NCBI GenBank assembly: GCA_965243025.1
Contig: CBDETY010000003.1
Span: 4,704,001-4,768,000, forward strand
Reading direction: 5' to 3'
DNA length: 64,000 nt
DNA from: Candidatus Latescibacterota bacterium
GTDB taxonomy: Bacteria > Latescibacterota > UBA2968 > UBA8231
Of the stretch, positions 7,762 through 18,916 are shown piece by piece. The notes beneath the pieces are model-generated. The model worked only from the letters and a program-made list of their open reading frames with translations. It was not told the DNA's origin and did no database searches. Position 1 is the first letter of the stretch. Every line of letters begins with the position of its first letter. Position numbers and translations under genes: made by a program.

Positions 7762-8532
7762 GTGAAAGAAGAGATCTCCGATCCGCGGCACGACGAAGAG
7801 GACGTACGCGTCCAGGCGAAGCTGAAGGAGCACGGCAACCTTCCCCGCCACATCGCCATCATCATGGACGGCGACCGCCGCTGGGCTAAGGAGCAGAATC
7901 TGCCGGTTACCGAAGGGCACCGGCACGGCCGCGAGTCGGTGCGCGACATCGTGCGGGCCTGCGGCCAGCTCGGCACCGAAGCGCTGACCCTCTACACCTT
8001 CTCCACCGAGAACTGGAGCCGGCCGAGAACCGAAGTCTCCACCCTGATGAGGTGGCTGCGCGAGTCGCTCCGGGACGAGACCCCGGAGCTGCACCGGAAC
8101 AACGTGCGACTCAACGCCATCGGCCGCCTCCACGGCCTTCCCGGGCCGGTGCGGTCGGCTCTCGACAAGGCCCTGCGGGACACCGCCTCCAACGACGGCC
8201 TGCTGCTCAACCTCGCGCTCAACTACGGCGGCCGCGGCGAGCTGGTCGACGCCTGCCGGACGCTGGCCGCCCGGGCCCGGGACGGGGCGGTCGACCCGGG
8301 CGACATCGAAGAAGAGGATATCAGCGCCGCCCTCTATACCGTCGGCATCCCCGACCCGGACCTGCTGATCCGCTGCAGCGGCGAGATGCGGCTGAGCAAC
8401 TTCCTCCCCTGGCAGATGATTTACACCGAGATCTGGTTCACCCCCGTGTACTGGCCCGACTTCCGGCGCCACCACCTCTACCGGGCGATCCGCGACTTCC
8501 AGCAGCGCCAGCGACGTTTCGGCGGCGCATGA
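7762..8532 (+). CDS. uppS: Isoprenyl transferase (undecaprenyl diphosphate synthase)
   Basis: HIAIIMDGDRRWA, YTFSTENWSRP, NYGGR and PDLLIRCSGEMRLSNFL motifs; start uncertain. Confidence 0.93.
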   Translation: MKEEISDPRHDEEDVRVQAKLKEHGNLPRHIAIIMDGDRRWAKEQNLPVTEGHRHGRESVRDIVRACGQLGTEALTLYTFSTENWSRPRTEVSTLMRWLRESLRDETPELHRNNVRLNAIGRLHGLPGPVRSALDKALRDTASNDGLLLNLALNYGGRGELVDACRTLAARARDGAVDPGDIEEEDISAALYTVGIPDPDLLIRCSGEMRLSNFLPWQMIYTEIWFTPVYWPDFRRHHLYRAIRDFQQRQRRFGGA

Positions 8533-8553
8533 GATTGCCCGGGAGTCATCGAC

Positions 8554-9393
8554 ATGACAGGTCCCGGGCCGAACCTCGCGCGCAGAACCGCCTCGGCCTG
8601 CGTTCTCGTGCCCGGGGTCCTCGCCCTGACGTGGGCCGGCGGCTGGGCCCTGTTCGCGCTGGTCGCCGCCATCGTCGGCAGGTCGAGCTGGGAGTTCTAC
8701 CACCTGGCGGCCAACGCCGGGTACCGGCCCCTGAAATCGTTGGGGATACTCCTGTGCCTCGGGCTTTGCGCCCTTGTCCACCTCGCCGGGACCGGCCACC
8801 TGCCGCTGGCGATGGTGCTGGCGACGGCGGTCGTTCTCGCCGCCGCCCTGCGCGGGGGGACCGCCGGGTTCGCGGCCAGCGCCGCCGTGACCCTGGCAGG
8901 GGTTCTCTACACCGGGCTGCTGGGCAGCGTACCGCTCCTGATGGCAGCCGACCGCGAGCTGCTGCGCGGCGAGCCCGGGGTCCTGCTGGGACTGATCTTC
9001 GTCAGCCTGTGGATAACGGATACCGCCGCCTACGGCGCCGGGCTCCTGTGGGGCAGGCGCAAGCTCGTTCCCGCAATCAGCCCGAACAAGACCGTGACCG
9101 GAGCTGCCGCCGGGTTGCTGGCCGGGCTGCTGCCGGCGCTGTTGCAGCCGTTCGCCCCTGGCTTCTCCCACCTGGAGCTGGCCGGACTTTTCCTGGTGGT
9201 CGCCGCCAGCGCCCAGACCGGCGACCTCGTTCAGTCGGCGCTCAAGCGGGACTTCGGTGTCAAGGACGCCCCCGCCCTCATACCCGGCCACGGCGGTTTC
9301 CTCGACCGCTTCGACTCCTACTTTTTCTGTTTTCCTTTCGCCTGGGCCTACCTCCTTCTCCAGCAGCAACTGCATGCCCCGGGGCCCGGCTGA
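8554..9393 (+). CDS. cdsA: Phosphatidate cytidylyltransferase
   Basis: DTAAY, ISPNKT, GDLVQSALKRDFGVKD and IPGHGGFLDRFDS motifs. Confidence 0.93.
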   Translation: MTGPGPNLARRTASACVLVPGVLALTWAGGWALFALVAAIVGRSSWEFYHLAANAGYRPLKSLGILLCLGLCALVHLAGTGHLPLAMVLATAVVLAAALRGGTAGFAASAAVTLAGVLYTGLLGSVPLLMAADRELLRGEPGVLLGLIFVSLWITDTAAYGAGLLWGRRKLVPAISPNKTVTGAAAGLLAGLLPALLQPFAPGFSHLELAGLFLVVAASAQTGDLVQSALKRDFGVKDAPALIPGHGGFLDRFDSYFFCFPFAWAYLLLQQQLHAPGPG

Positions 9394-9402
9394 CCTGACA
9401 TC

Positions 9403-10719
9403 ATGCTCTACTTCCTGATCGCCCTCGGCATTCTCATCTTCGTGCACGAGCTGGGCCACTTCCTCGTCGCCAAGGGCGCCGGCATCCGCGTCGAGCGCTT
9501 CTCCCTCGGCTTCCCGCCGAGAATGATCGGTTTCCGCTGGAAGGAGACCGACTACTGCCTGTCCTGGATACCGTTCGGCGGCTACGTGAAGGTTGCCGGC
9601 ATGGCCGACGTCGGCAGCGAGGAGGCAACGGGAGCCGACTGGGAATTCCCCTCCAAGCCGATCTGGGTCCGCATGGCCGTCATCGCCGCCGGCCCGGCGA
9701 TGAACCTGCTTTTCGCTTACGCCGCCTTCCTCTTCCTCTACTCGGCCTACGGCGTCGGCAGCGTCGATTCGACGGCGGTCGATCCCCTCGAGGGTTCCCC
9801 TGCCGCCATCGCCGGGCTGCGCCACGGCGACGCCGTCGTCCGCGTCGGAGAGCGGCCGGTGGCCAACTACCACGAGCTCAAGCGGGAGCTGGAAAAGGCG
9901 GCCGGGGCGGCGGTGACCGTCGACGCCGAACGCGACGGCCGCACCCTGGCCTTCGACCTGCCGCGCGAGACCGCAGCCGACCGGGACGAAGACTCCTCCG
10001 ACATGCCGTACGGACTGTCGCTGCTGTACCCCACCGTGGTCGGCGGGGTAGTGGAGGGGATGCCGGCGGAAGCGGCCGGCCTGCAGGAGGGAGACCGCAT
10101 CACCCGCGTCGCCGGGGCCGATGTGAGGACCTGGGACCAGATGCGGGAGCAGATCAGCCGCCACCCGGGAGAGGAGATCGAAATCGCCTGGCTCCGCGGC
10201 GGCGAGCCGATGTCGGTGCTGATCACGCCGGAGCCGCGCCCCGCGGAGGGGGCCACCATCGGCCAGATCGGCATCGGACCGCACACATCGACGGCCGAAG
10301 TCCCGTTCGGGGAGGCGGCCTCCCTGAGCGCCGCCAGCCTGGTCAACTCAGCCGGTCTCATCCTCGAGTTCATCGGCAACATCTTCCAGGAGGACCGCTA
10401 CAAGGAGCTCGGCGGACCGATCCTGATCGCCAAGATGGCCGACGATACCGCGGAACGGGGCCTCGAGCATTTCATCTATTTCCTCTCCCTGCTGAGTGTG
10501 AACCTCGCCATCCTCAACCTCATGCCGATCCCCGCCCTCGACGGCGGACACCTCGTCTTTCTCGCCCTCGAAACGGTGATGCGAAGGCCGCTGTCGCAGC
10601 GCAAGAGGGAGTTCTGCCAGCAGGTCGGCCTCGTTCTGATCCTCGGGCTGATGATCCTGGTGACCTTCAACGACCTCAACCGTCTCGTCTTTCCCTACAT
10701 CTCCGAGCTGTTCCAGTAG
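9403..10719 (+). CDS. rseP: RIP metalloprotease RseP (M50, two PDZ domains)
   Basis: HELGH, AGPAMN and NLMPIPALDGG motifs. Confidence 0.93.
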   Translation: MLYFLIALGILIFVHELGHFLVAKGAGIRVERFSLGFPPRMIGFRWKETDYCLSWIPFGGYVKVAGMADVGSEEATGADWEFPSKPIWVRMAVIAAGPAMNLLFAYAAFLFLYSAYGVGSVDSTAVDPLEGSPAAIAGLRHGDAVVRVGERPVANYHELKRELEKAAGAAVTVDAERDGRTLAFDLPRETAADRDEDSSDMPYGLSLLYPTVVGGVVEGMPAEAAGLQEGDRITRVAGADVRTWDQMREQISRHPGEEIEIAWLRGGEPMSVLITPEPRPAEGATIGQIGIGPHTSTAEVPFGEAASLSAASLVNSAGLILEFIGNIFQEDRYKELGGPILIAKMADDTAERGLEHFIYFLSLLSVNLAILNLMPIPALDGGHLVFLALETVMRRPLSQRKREFCQQVGLVLILGLMILVTFNDLNRLVFPYISELFQ

Positions 10720-10765
10720 TCGGGCCGCTTTCGCCGGCGCGCAACCGCGCTTCCCCAGCCCAGCC

Positions 10766-11962
10766 ATGAGCCCCAGGAAAAGAGCAGACAGCTCCGGCGG
10801 GGAGCAGGCGCGGCTGACCGCCTCGATCCGCGGCCGCGCCGGCGCTCTCGGGTTCGACCTGTTCGGCGTCACCCCGGCCGAACCGCTGGCTGGCAGCGAC
10901 TTCTACGCCCGCTGGGTCGCCCTCGGGTACGCCGGGGAGATGGAGTACCTCCAGCGCAACCGGGAAAAGCGCGGCGACCCGCGCCTCCTGGTGCCGGGTG
11001 CCTCCAGCGTCATCTGCGTCGGCATGAACTACCACCCCGGCCGGCAGGACCCTCCGGGGGGCGGCGATTCCCCCCGACTGCCGGGGCGGATCTCGGTGTA
11101 CGCCCGGGGCGACGACTACCACGACGTGGTGAAAAAGCGCCTCGCCGAGCTGTGGCGCTTCATCGAGGAGGAAGCCGGCAGGCCGGTCCGGGGCCGCTGC
11201 TACGTCGACACCGCCCCGGTCCTCGAGCGGGAACTGGCTCAGCGCGCCGGCCTGGGGTGGTGGGGGAAGAACACCTGCCTGATCAACAAGCGGCAGGGCT
11301 CCTGGTTCTTCCTCGGGGAGATCGTCACCGACCTCGAACTGCTGTTCGACGAGCCCGCCGTCGACCATTGCGGCACCTGCACCCGGTGCCTCGACGCCTG
11401 CCCCACCGACGCCTTCCCGGAACCGTACGTCCTCGATTCCCGCCGCTGCATCTCCTACCTGACCATCGAGCTGCGAACCTCCATTCCGCCAGCGCTGCGG
11501 CCCGGTATCGGCGACTGGGTGTTCGGGTGCGACGTCTGCCAGGAGGTCTGCCCGTGGAACCGCAAGGCCGCGCCGGCTCGCGAGGCCGCCTTCTCATCCC
11601 GCCCGGGTCTTGAACAGCCCGATCTCGAGGAGCTGATGAAGCTCGACGCGGAGGGATTCAACCGCCTTTTCAGGAAAAACCCGGTCAAGAGGCCCAAGCG
11701 CGCCGGGTTCCTGCGAAACGTCGCCGTGGCGCTGGGAAACTCGTGCCGGCCCGAGGCTGTGGGAGTGCTGATCCCGGCGCTCAGGCACGAAGAGCCCCTG
11801 GTGCGGGGGCATGCCGCATGGGCCCTGGGGCGGCTGGGCGGCCCCGAGGCGGAGGACGCCTTGCGGGACGCCATGGCGGAAGAACGGGACAGCGGAGTCC
11901 GGGAGGAGATCTCCGAGGCGCTGGACCGCTGCGGCGAGCCCCGGCAGAAGAATGCGCACTGA
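10766..11962 (+). CDS. queG: Epoxyqueuosine reductase with C-terminal HEAT repeats
   Basis: YARGDDYH, VDTAPVLERE, CGTCTRCLDACPT and FGCDVCQEVCPWN motifs. Confidence 0.93.
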   Translation: MSPRKRADSSGGEQARLTASIRGRAGALGFDLFGVTPAEPLAGSDFYARWVALGYAGEMEYLQRNREKRGDPRLLVPGASSVICVGMNYHPGRQDPPGGGDSPRLPGRISVYARGDDYHDVVKKRLAELWRFIEEEAGRPVRGRCYVDTAPVLERELAQRAGLGWWGKNTCLINKRQGSWFFLGEIVTDLELLFDEPAVDHCGTCTRCLDACPTDAFPEPYVLDSRRCISYLTIELRTSIPPALRPGIGDWVFGCDVCQEVCPWNRKAAPAREAAFSSRPGLEQPDLEELMKLDAEGFNRLFRKNPVKRPKRAGFLRNVAVALGNSCRPEAVGVLIPALRHEEPLVRGHAAWALGRLGGPEAEDALRDAMAEERDSGVREEISEALDRCGEPRQKNAH

Positions 11963-12042
11963 AAGCCGGGTGGATGGACTCCGGTCTTTTCGAACGGATC
12001 GGGGCCCGTTTCCGGGCGCGGCCGAGTTGCCTTGCCGGGAGG

Positions 12043-12960
12043 CTAACCCGATACGGAATCCGGAAGGAGCGCCTCGACGAAAGCCTCCGGGTGGAACGGC
12101 TGCAGGTCCTCCAGCTGCTCTCCAACACCGATCATCCGGATCGGCAGGCCGAGCTCCTGCACGAGCGCAAACGCGATTCCCCCCCTGGCGGTCCCGTCGA
12201 GCTTGGTGAGCACGATGCCGTCGACCCCGACGGCGCCGTGAAACTCGCGCGCCTGGGCGAGCGCGTTCTGCCCGGTGGTGGCGTCCAGCACCAGCAGGGT
12301 CTCGTGGGGGGCGCCGGCCACCTTCCTGCCCAGGGAGCGCTTCACCTTCTTCAGCTCCTCCATCAGGTTGACCTTGGTGTGCAGGCGGCCTGCCGTGTCG
12401 ACGATCAGCACGTCGATGGCGCGCGCCGCTGCCGCCGCCGCCGCGTCGAAAGCGACGGCAGCGGGATCCGCCCCCTGCTGCGAGCGCACGATCTCCGCTC
12501 CGGAGCGGTCGGCCCATACCTCCAGCTGCGGCAGCGCGGCGGCGCGGAAGGTGTCGCATGCCGCCAGCAGCACCGAGCGGCCGGCGGCTTTGTGGCGGGC
12601 GGCCAGCTTGCCGATGGTCGTCGTCTTGCCGGCGCCGTTGACCCCGGCGACGAGAATGGCATGGGGCCGGGCTGATGGAGGCCCGGGTTCGGCCCCGGGC
12701 CCGGACGCGGCCTCCGTCAGGTGTCGGCGCAGCTCGGAAAACAGCTCGTCTGCCCCCTCCTGCGAGCGCAACCGGCCGCGCAGGGAATCGACGATGTCCG
12801 TCGCCGTCCCGACGCCGACGTCCGCCTGGATCAGGATCGCCTCGATCTCCTCGAGCGCCTCTTCGTCGACCGGCCCCGAAACCGCCGCCGTGATGCCGTC
12901 GACGAGCAGGGATCGCGTCCTGGAAAGACCGCTGCGAAAGCGGTCGCGCAGACTCGGCAA
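12043..12960 (-). CDS. ftsY: SRP receptor FtsY
   Basis: [22 protein letters not shown] and [10 protein letters not shown] motifs. Confidence 0.95.
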   Translation of the reverse strand: MPSLRDRFRSGLSRTRSLLVDGITAAVSGPVDEEALEEIEAILIQADVGVGTATDIVDSLRGRLRSQEGADELFSELRRHLTEAASGPGAEPGPPSARPHAILVAGVNGAGKTTTIGKLAARHKAAGRSVLLAACDTFRAAALPQLEVWADRSGAEIVRSQQGADPAAVAFDAAAAAAARAIDVLIVDTAGRLHTKVNLMEELKKVKRSLGRKVAGAPHETLLVLDATTGQNALAQAREFHGAVGVDGIVLTKLDGTARGGIAFALVQELGLPIRMIGVGEQLEDLQPFHPEAFVEALLPDSVSG

Positions 12961-13047
12961 ATGCAGCCTTCGAAATCGAGGAATTGCGTTTCAGGGCGCC
13001 CCCTGGAATGAGGGAGCCCCTGGAGGTCGCGGACCCGGTGGACAGCA

Positions 13048-13172
13048 AGCGTACCATCCTGCAATTCTTCACGTCAAGTATTCGGTGACCTTCCGGAAAA
13101 GAACGGGCGCCCCCCTGGCAAGAATCCCCGCCAGTCGCCGCGCTTGACGGTTTCCGGGGTGGCGGCTAGATT
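13048..13172. promoter_or_regulatory. Divergent sigma70-like promoters (ftsY and S55 operon)
   Basis: Minus strand TTGACG(13077-13072)-18 nt-TACGCT; plus strand TTGACG(13144)-17 nt-TAGATT(13167). Confidence 0.55.
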
Positions 13173-13202
13173 GTCGCTTTCGCCCAAGGAAACTGTACTG
13201 AA

Positions 13203-14978
13203 TTGCCGCACAAAGAGTTACAGCCATTCACCCGCAGCGCCGCCGCGCTTGCCCTCTGGCTCCTGTCCGGGGCCGCCGCCGCTTTCTCCGTGGAGTTTTT
13301 TCCCCAGGACGAGGTGCGCCCCGGTCTCTTCGGGATCGGCAAGTCCGTCTTTCGCGGAACCGCCATCGACACCTTCGGCGTCGAGATCATCGGCCTCGAG
13401 CGCAACCGCCTCCGTCCCGGGAAGAACCTCGTACTGGCGCGCCTGTCGGGGGCTGGACTCGAGGAGACAGGGGTGATTCGCGGCATGAGCGGCAGTCCGG
13501 TTTACATCGAGGGCCGGCTGCTGGGAGCGGTTTCCTACGCCTGGGCGTTTTCAAAGGAGCCGATCTGCGGAATCACCCCTGTCGCCGACATGCTTGAGGT
13601 GATGCAGCGCGGCCTCGAGACGGGCGGAGAGGATGGGGATCGCGCCGGATTCGAGGAGGAAAGGGGCGGGGGCGGACGGCAATCCCATCCGGGCTCGCTC
13701 GAGCCGCTGGCGACTCCCCTTTCGCTGAGCGGCTTCTCGCCGACAGCGACGCGGATGCTCGACGAATTCATGGCCGAATACGGCTTCGCAACCGCCTCCG
13801 GGCCGGCTGCCGGGGGACAATCCGGACCTGAGGATGCCGGCTCGATGCAACCTGGAGCGGCGTTGGGGGTCCCTTTCGTCAGCGGCGATTTCAGCGCCGT
13901 CGCCATCGGCACTCTCACCCATCGCGACGGCGACCGCCTCGTCGGCTTCGGACACCCGCTTCTCGAGCTGGGGGCTGTCGACCTGCCGCTCTCCGGTGCG
14001 CGGATTCACGGCGTGCTTCCGAGCCGGTTCGTCTCGTTCAAGCTGGGTGCCGCCGGCGCCGAAATCGGAGCCCTGCGCCAGGATCGCTGGGCCGGCGTTG
14101 CCGGCGTTGCCGGCGCCCGTGCCTCGGTGTTGCCGCTGGCTCTCGAACTGTCCGGCACCGCCGACGGCGAGCGCTTTTCGTTCGAGCTGCTGCGGCACGA
14201 CCTGCTCACCCCCTTTCTCGCCCGGGCCGTCATCCTCTCCGCTCTCGAGCCGGCTGCCAGTCTGACCGGGGAATCCAGCCTGATCGCCGATGCGACCCTG
14301 TACCTCGAAAACGGCGCCCGTGTCGAGCGCGCCAATCTCTACGCCGGCCGCGGCGCGGTGTTCGACGCCGCCCGCGAGCTGGCCGAGCCGCTGCGCCTGG
14401 CGCTGGGGGGTCCATTCGAGCGCATCGGCGTCGATTCGCTGGATCTCGCCGTCGAGGTCGTGGAGGAATCGCGGCGGGCCGAGATCGCCGAAGCGCGCCT
14501 CGCGGCGGCGGCCGCCTCCCCTGGGGACGCGGTATCGGTGCGCGTGCTGCTGCGTCCTCACCGGCAAACGGCAGAGGAGCAGGTGTTGGAGGTGAAGATT
14601 CCGCCGACCGCCGTGTCCGGCCCCGTCGAGGTGCGGATCGGCAGCGGCCGCAGTGCCCTGGCATGGGAGATGGCCCGGCGCCCGGACGGGTTCCGCCCCC
14701 GCAACAGCGAGCAGCTTGTCCGGCTGCTCAACCGCAGCGCCCGCCGCGACGACCTGGTGGTCGAGCTGTTCCGCCCCGAGCCGGCGATGAGCGTCGACGG
14801 CCGCGAGCTGCCCGGACTGCCGCCGTCGGCTCACGCCGTGCTGTCGGCGGACACCGGAAGCGGGCGCGTTGCCCCTGTCAGCGGACGGGTCGTGGCGCGG
14901 AGCCGGGTGCGCACCCGCTATGCGCTGGCCGGGGAACGGACCCTGCCCCTGGAGATCCGGCGGCGCACTGCCGAGTGA
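13203..14978 (+). CDS. Exported SpoIVB-like peptidase S55 domain protein
   Basis: Signal peptide; GVIRGMSGSPVYIEGRLLGAVSYA and FGHP motifs. Confidence 0.85.
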   Translation: MPHKELQPFTRSAAALALWLLSGAAAAFSVEFFPQDEVRPGLFGIGKSVFRGTAIDTFGVEIIGLERNRLRPGKNLVLARLSGAGLEETGVIRGMSGSPVYIEGRLLGAVSYAWAFSKEPICGITPVADMLEVMQRGLETGGEDGDRAGFEEERGGGGRQSHPGSLEPLATPLSLSGFSPTATRMLDEFMAEYGFATASGPAAGGQSGPEDAGSMQPGAALGVPFVSGDFSAVAIGTLTHRDGDRLVGFGHPLLELGAVDLPLSGARIHGVLPSRFVSFKLGAAGAEIGALRQDRWAGVAGVAGARASVLPLALELSGTADGERFSFELLRHDLLTPFLARAVILSALEPAASLTGESSLIADATLYLENGARVERANLYAGRGAVFDAARELAEPLRLALGGPFERIGVDSLDLAVEVVEESRRAEIAEARLAAAAASPGDAVSVRVLLRPHRQTAEEQVLEVKIPPTAVSGPVEVRIGSGRSALAWEMARRPDGFRPRNSEQLVRLLNRSARRDDLVVELFRPEPAMSVDGRELPGLPPSAHAVLSADTGSGRVAPVSGRVVARSRVRTRYALAGERTLPLEIRRRTAE

Positions 14979-15078
14979 GAACGGTTCAAATGAAACGAAA
15001 CCCCGAAAGAAACCAGCCCCCGCCCGGGACGGGATGGAACGGCGAATGAAGAGGCGTTCCAAACCCGGAGAGGTACAC

Positions 15079-17178
15079 GTGACACCGCCCCGAGCCCTGG
15101 CCCGGCACGGCCTGTGGACCGGCGTTCTCGCCATCACCCTGCTGATGCCGCCTTCAGCCGGCGCCGTGCTCCCGCGGAACCTCGAGCACAGCAGCTTCGA
15201 GGAGTTTGCCGCAGGAAAGGCGCGGGGAGTCGGTATCGACTCGGAGGGGGTGCTGCGCGCCGCCCCGGCCCTGGTTCGATTCGCCGACCTCGATGCCGAG
15301 CGGGTCTGGACCCTGGCCGGCGGCCCGGACGGCTCTCTCTACGCCGGTACCGGCGACGGGGGCCGGGTCGTGCGCGTCCGAGAATCCGGGGAAACCGATC
15401 TGTTTTTCGATTCTCCGGAAATCGCCGTGCACGCCGCCCTATTCGACCGCCGGGGACACCTGGCGATCGGCACCTCGCCCGGAGGCCTCGTCTACCGGCT
15501 CGACGCTGACGGGAACCCCGCCCTCACCGTCGAGACCGGAAGCCGCTACGTGTGGGACCTCGCTCTCGACGAAAAGGGGCGCCTCCTTGCCGCCCTCGGG
15601 GAGCCCGGCGGAGTGGTCAGGTTGAGTGCCGACGGCCGGCTCGACACCCTGTGGAACAGCTCGGAACGCCACGTGATGGCCTTGCTGCCGAGGGGAAAGC
15701 GTCTGTTTGCCTCCACCGCGGGACCGCGCCAGGACGCCGAAGAAAACGGCGGAGAAATGGACCCCGACGGGGGCGTATACGCCGGCCGGCTCTACGAGCT
15801 GGGGCCCGAACCGGGCCGGCATCGCCTGGTTTGCGAGAGCGCGTTCGACGAAGTCAACCGCATCGCCGCGGCCGAGGAGGGCAAACTCCTGATCAGCGCC
15901 CTTTCCGAACGTTCCGGATCCGATGAGGAGAAGACCCGTTCGGCGGTTCTTCTCGTCCACGCAACCGGTGCCCTGACCACTCTCTGGCAGACCGGGGCCC
16001 CGATCTTCGATCTGCAACCGGAAGCGAGCGGCAGCTTCCTCGCCGCCGCCGGCGGCGACGGTCAGCTGGTGCGGCTGTTCCCGGAGCGGGGTGAGTTCGA
16101 GGTGGTGGCGCGGCTGGACTCGCTGTCGCCCAACCGGCTCCTGGCAAATCCCCAAGGCACCTTCGTCGGGGCGGGGCAGTCCGGTGACATCTGGAGGCTG
16201 TCGCCCCGTTTCGCCGACGGGGAGTTCCTTTCGCAGGTGGAAGATCTCGAGCTCAACTCCCGCTGGGGCCGCATCGAGTGGGACGCCGACACCCCGGCCG
16301 GTACCGGGCTTTCGGTGCAGACCCGTTCGGGAAACAGCGCCGAGCCGGACCCGACATGGAGCGAGTGGTCCCCGAAGCTGCGCATGGGCGGCCCGATCAC
16401 CAGCCCCCCGGCACGCTACCTGCAGTACCGCCTCATTTTCCACGCCAGCCCCGATGCCAGCCCTGAAGTCCGGCGCGTCGCCTTCAGCGCCCAGCAGACC
16501 AATCTCGCGCCGCGGATCGTCGAGCTGCGGACGTACCCCTTCCGGCCGCGTCAGTCCGGCGGCGACGGCTCTCCCGAACAGGTTGCGGCCAGGGCCGCCA
16601 GCCAGGGCCGGGACCCGGGGCGGCCGGCGCAGCGAAAAAGCCTGCGCATGGTCCGCTGGCAGGCCCGGGATCCCAACGGGGACAAACTCACCTACGACAT
16701 CTTCCTGCGCGGAGACGGGCAATCGGAATGGAAGCTGGTCAAGGAAAACACGGCCCGGAACTCCCTGCTCTGGGACACGGAGCACATGCCCGAGGGACGC
16801 ACGCAGTTGAAGCTCGTCGTCTCCGACCGCCCGGACAACCCGGCCGAAAGCGCCCTGCAGCACGAGCGCATCAGCGACCCGTTCCTTCTCGACAACAGCC
16901 CTCCGGTGGTCGAGCTGAGGGCCGTGGGCAGGCGCACTCCGGAGGTCGAGGTGGAAATCACCGACCGCGTCAGCGATGTCAGGCGCGCCCAGTATTCCAT
17001 CGATTACGGTGAAACGGTGTACCAGATCGAGCCGGCCGACGGCATGTTCGACTCTCCCCGCGAGAGCGCCCGCTTCACCCTGGAAAACCTGACTCCCGGG
17101 GAGCACGTGATCGCGGTGCAGGCCTGGGACCGGCTCGACAACATCGGATCCCGGCAGGTGATCGTGAACGTCGAGTGA
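15079..17178 (+). CDS. Exported beta-propeller (WD40/YVTN-like) protein with FN3/Ig-like C-terminus
   Basis: Signal peptide; repeats [34 protein letters not shown]; QTRSGN..WSEWS; WQARDPNGD; GTG start after GGAGAGG. Confidence 0.75.
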   Translation: MTPPRALARHGLWTGVLAITLLMPPSAGAVLPRNLEHSSFEEFAAGKARGVGIDSEGVLRAAPALVRFADLDAERVWTLAGGPDGSLYAGTGDGGRVVRVRESGETDLFFDSPEIAVHAALFDRRGHLAIGTSPGGLVYRLDADGNPALTVETGSRYVWDLALDEKGRLLAALGEPGGVVRLSADGRLDTLWNSSERHVMALLPRGKRLFASTAGPRQDAEENGGEMDPDGGVYAGRLYELGPEPGRHRLVCESAFDEVNRIAAAEEGKLLISALSERSGSDEEKTRSAVLLVHATGALTTLWQTGAPIFDLQPEASGSFLAAAGGDGQLVRLFPERGEFEVVARLDSLSPNRLLANPQGTFVGAGQSGDIWRLSPRFADGEFLSQVEDLELNSRWGRIEWDADTPAGTGLSVQTRSGNSAEPDPTWSEWSPKLRMGGPITSPPARYLQYRLIFHASPDASPEVRRVAFSAQQTNLAPRIVELRTYPFRPRQSGGDGSPEQVAARAASQGRDPGRPAQRKSLRMVRWQARDPNGDKLTYDIFLRGDGQSEWKLVKENTARNSLLWDTEHMPEGRTQLKLVVSDRPDNPAESALQHERISDPFLLDNSPPVVELRAVGRRTPEVEVEITDRVSDVRRAQYSIDYGETVYQIEPADGMFDSPRESARFTLENLTPGEHVIAVQAWDRLDNIGSRQVIVNVE

Positions 17179-18269
17179 AAGGGGACCAGCTCCACATGCG
17201 CCGCGCCCTTTCCCTGGCGAGGCGAGGGCGGGGGCGGGTCAGTCCGGGAGCCCTGGTCGGAGCGGTGGTCGTGCGCGACGGCGAAGTCATCGGGGAAGGG
17301 GCCTACCGCAGCCGGGGCGGAGCCCACGCCGAGGCCGAGGCCCTCGCCGCCGCAGGAGAACGCTGCCGGAACGCCACCCTCTACGTAACCCTGGAGCCGT
17401 GCGCCCATCACGGGACCACTCCCCCTTGCGCCGAGGCCGTGGTTGCCGCGGGAATCAGCCGGGTCGTCTGCGCCCTGGAAGATCCCGACGAACGGGTGAG
17501 GGGACGCGGGTTCGCCCGCCTCCGAGATGCGGGCATCGACGTCGAGGTGGGACTCCTCGCCGCCGATGCCGAACGGGACAATGCCGCTTTCCTCACCCAC
17601 CGCCGGACGGGAAGGCCGTGGGTCGTCCTCAAGCTTGCGCAGAGCCTCGACGGACGCATTGCCACGAGAACCGGCGCCTCGCGGTGGATCACCGGAAAGC
17701 AGGCCCGCCGCCACGCCCATCGCCGGCGTTCCTGGGTCGACGGCGTCGTCGTAGGGGCGGGGACCGTTGTTTCCGACGATCCCGAGCTTACGGTTCGCCA
17801 CGTGCGCGGCCGCCACCCCCGCCCGATGGTGGTCGACGGAAGACTCCGGGTTTCGCCCCGGGCCGCCCTCTTTCGGCGGGGGACCGGGGTGCTGATCACC
17901 GCGGACTCCATTCCGGAGAAGCGGCGCCGCGAGTTCGAGGCCGCAGGCGCCGAGATCTGGACTTTCCCCGCCGAATCCGGCCGCCTCGACCTCCGCCTGC
18001 TGGCCCGCGCCGCCGGGGAGCGCGGCATGATCAGCCTGCTGATCGAAGGGGGGCGGGGTCTGGCCACGGCCGCGCTCGCCGACCGGATCGTCGACGAGTT
18101 GATGCTCTACATGGGGCCGCGCCTGCTCGGCGCCGGGATCAGCGGCGTGGGTGACCTGGGGATCGAACTGGTCGACAAGGGAATCACCCTCGATCGAATG
18201 GAATTGAAGCGGCTCGGCGACGACGCGCTCATCTCGGGCAAGGTTCTCTATCCATGTTCACCGGACTGA
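17175..18269 (+). CDS. ribD: Riboflavin biosynthesis deaminase/reductase RibD
   Basis: [23 protein letters not shown] and LLIEGG motifs. Confidence 0.93.
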   Translation: MKGDQLHMRRALSLARRGRGRVSPGALVGAVVVRDGEVIGEGAYRSRGGAHAEAEALAAAGERCRNATLYVTLEPCAHHGTTPPCAEAVVAAGISRVVCALEDPDERVRGRGFARLRDAGIDVEVGLLAADAERDNAAFLTHRRTGRPWVVLKLAQSLDGRIATRTGASRWITGKQARRHAHRRRSWVDGVVVGAGTVVSDDPELTVRHVRGRHPRPMVVDGRLRVSPRAALFRRGTGVLITADSIPEKRRREFEAAGAEIWTFPAESGRLDLRLLARAAGERGMISLLIEGGRGLATAALADRIVDELMLYMGPRLLGAGISGVGDLGIELVDKGITLDRMELKRLGDDALISGKVLYPCSPD

Positions 18270-18841
18270 TCGAAGAAGTCGGCACGGTTCGCAGGGTGGA
18301 ACGCCAGACGGCCTTTCAACGCCTGGAGATCGCCTCGAACCTGCCTCTCGACGGCACCGCGGTCGGCGACAGCATCAGCATGAACGGAGCCTGCCAGACG
18401 GTCGTCGGGCGTGCGGATGACAGCTTCCGGGTCGAATCCGTCGAGGAGACCCTGCGGCGCACCAATCTCGGCTCACTGGATCCGGGGGATGCCGTCAATC
18501 TCGAGCGCTCGATGCGGGCCGACGGCCGGCTCGGGGGTCACGTGGTGCTGGGACACGTCGACGGCGTCGGATCGCTGCGCCGTTTCGATCGCGACGGGGA
18601 AAACCGGATCCTCGAAATCGAGATGCCGGTGGAGCTTCGCCGCTTCGTCGCCGGCAAGGGTTCGGTCGCCGTCGACGGTATCAGCCTGACCGTCGTCGAG
18701 GTATCGGAAACCTCCTTTACCGCCGCAATCATACCCCATACCTTACGAAACACGAACCTTTCGGAGCGGCGAGCCGGAGATGCCGTCAACCTCGAAATCG
18801 ACGTCCTGGCGCGTTACGTGGCACGCCTTCTGGAGACCTGA
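18254..18841 (+). CDS. ribE: Riboflavin synthase
   Basis: [24 protein letters not shown] and [10 protein letters not shown] motifs. Confidence 0.95.
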   Translation: MFTGLIEEVGTVRRVERQTAFQRLEIASNLPLDGTAVGDSISMNGACQTVVGRADDSFRVESVEETLRRTNLGSLDPGDAVNLERSMRADGRLGGHVVLGHVDGVGSLRRFDRDGENRILEIEMPVELRRFVAGKGSVAVDGISLTVVEVSETSFTAAIIPHTLRNTNLSERRAGDAVNLEIDVLARYVARLLET

Positions 18842-18916
18842 GGATGTCCGACAGGTTCGACGCCGATCCTTTGACCTGCCCTTCCCAGCCGCACCCGCAA
18901 TCCCGCTGACAGCGCC

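Noticed and set aside
14091-14116. Short GCCGGCGTT tandem repeat
   Set aside because: In-frame AGVAGVAG coding repeat; unremarkable at this GC content.
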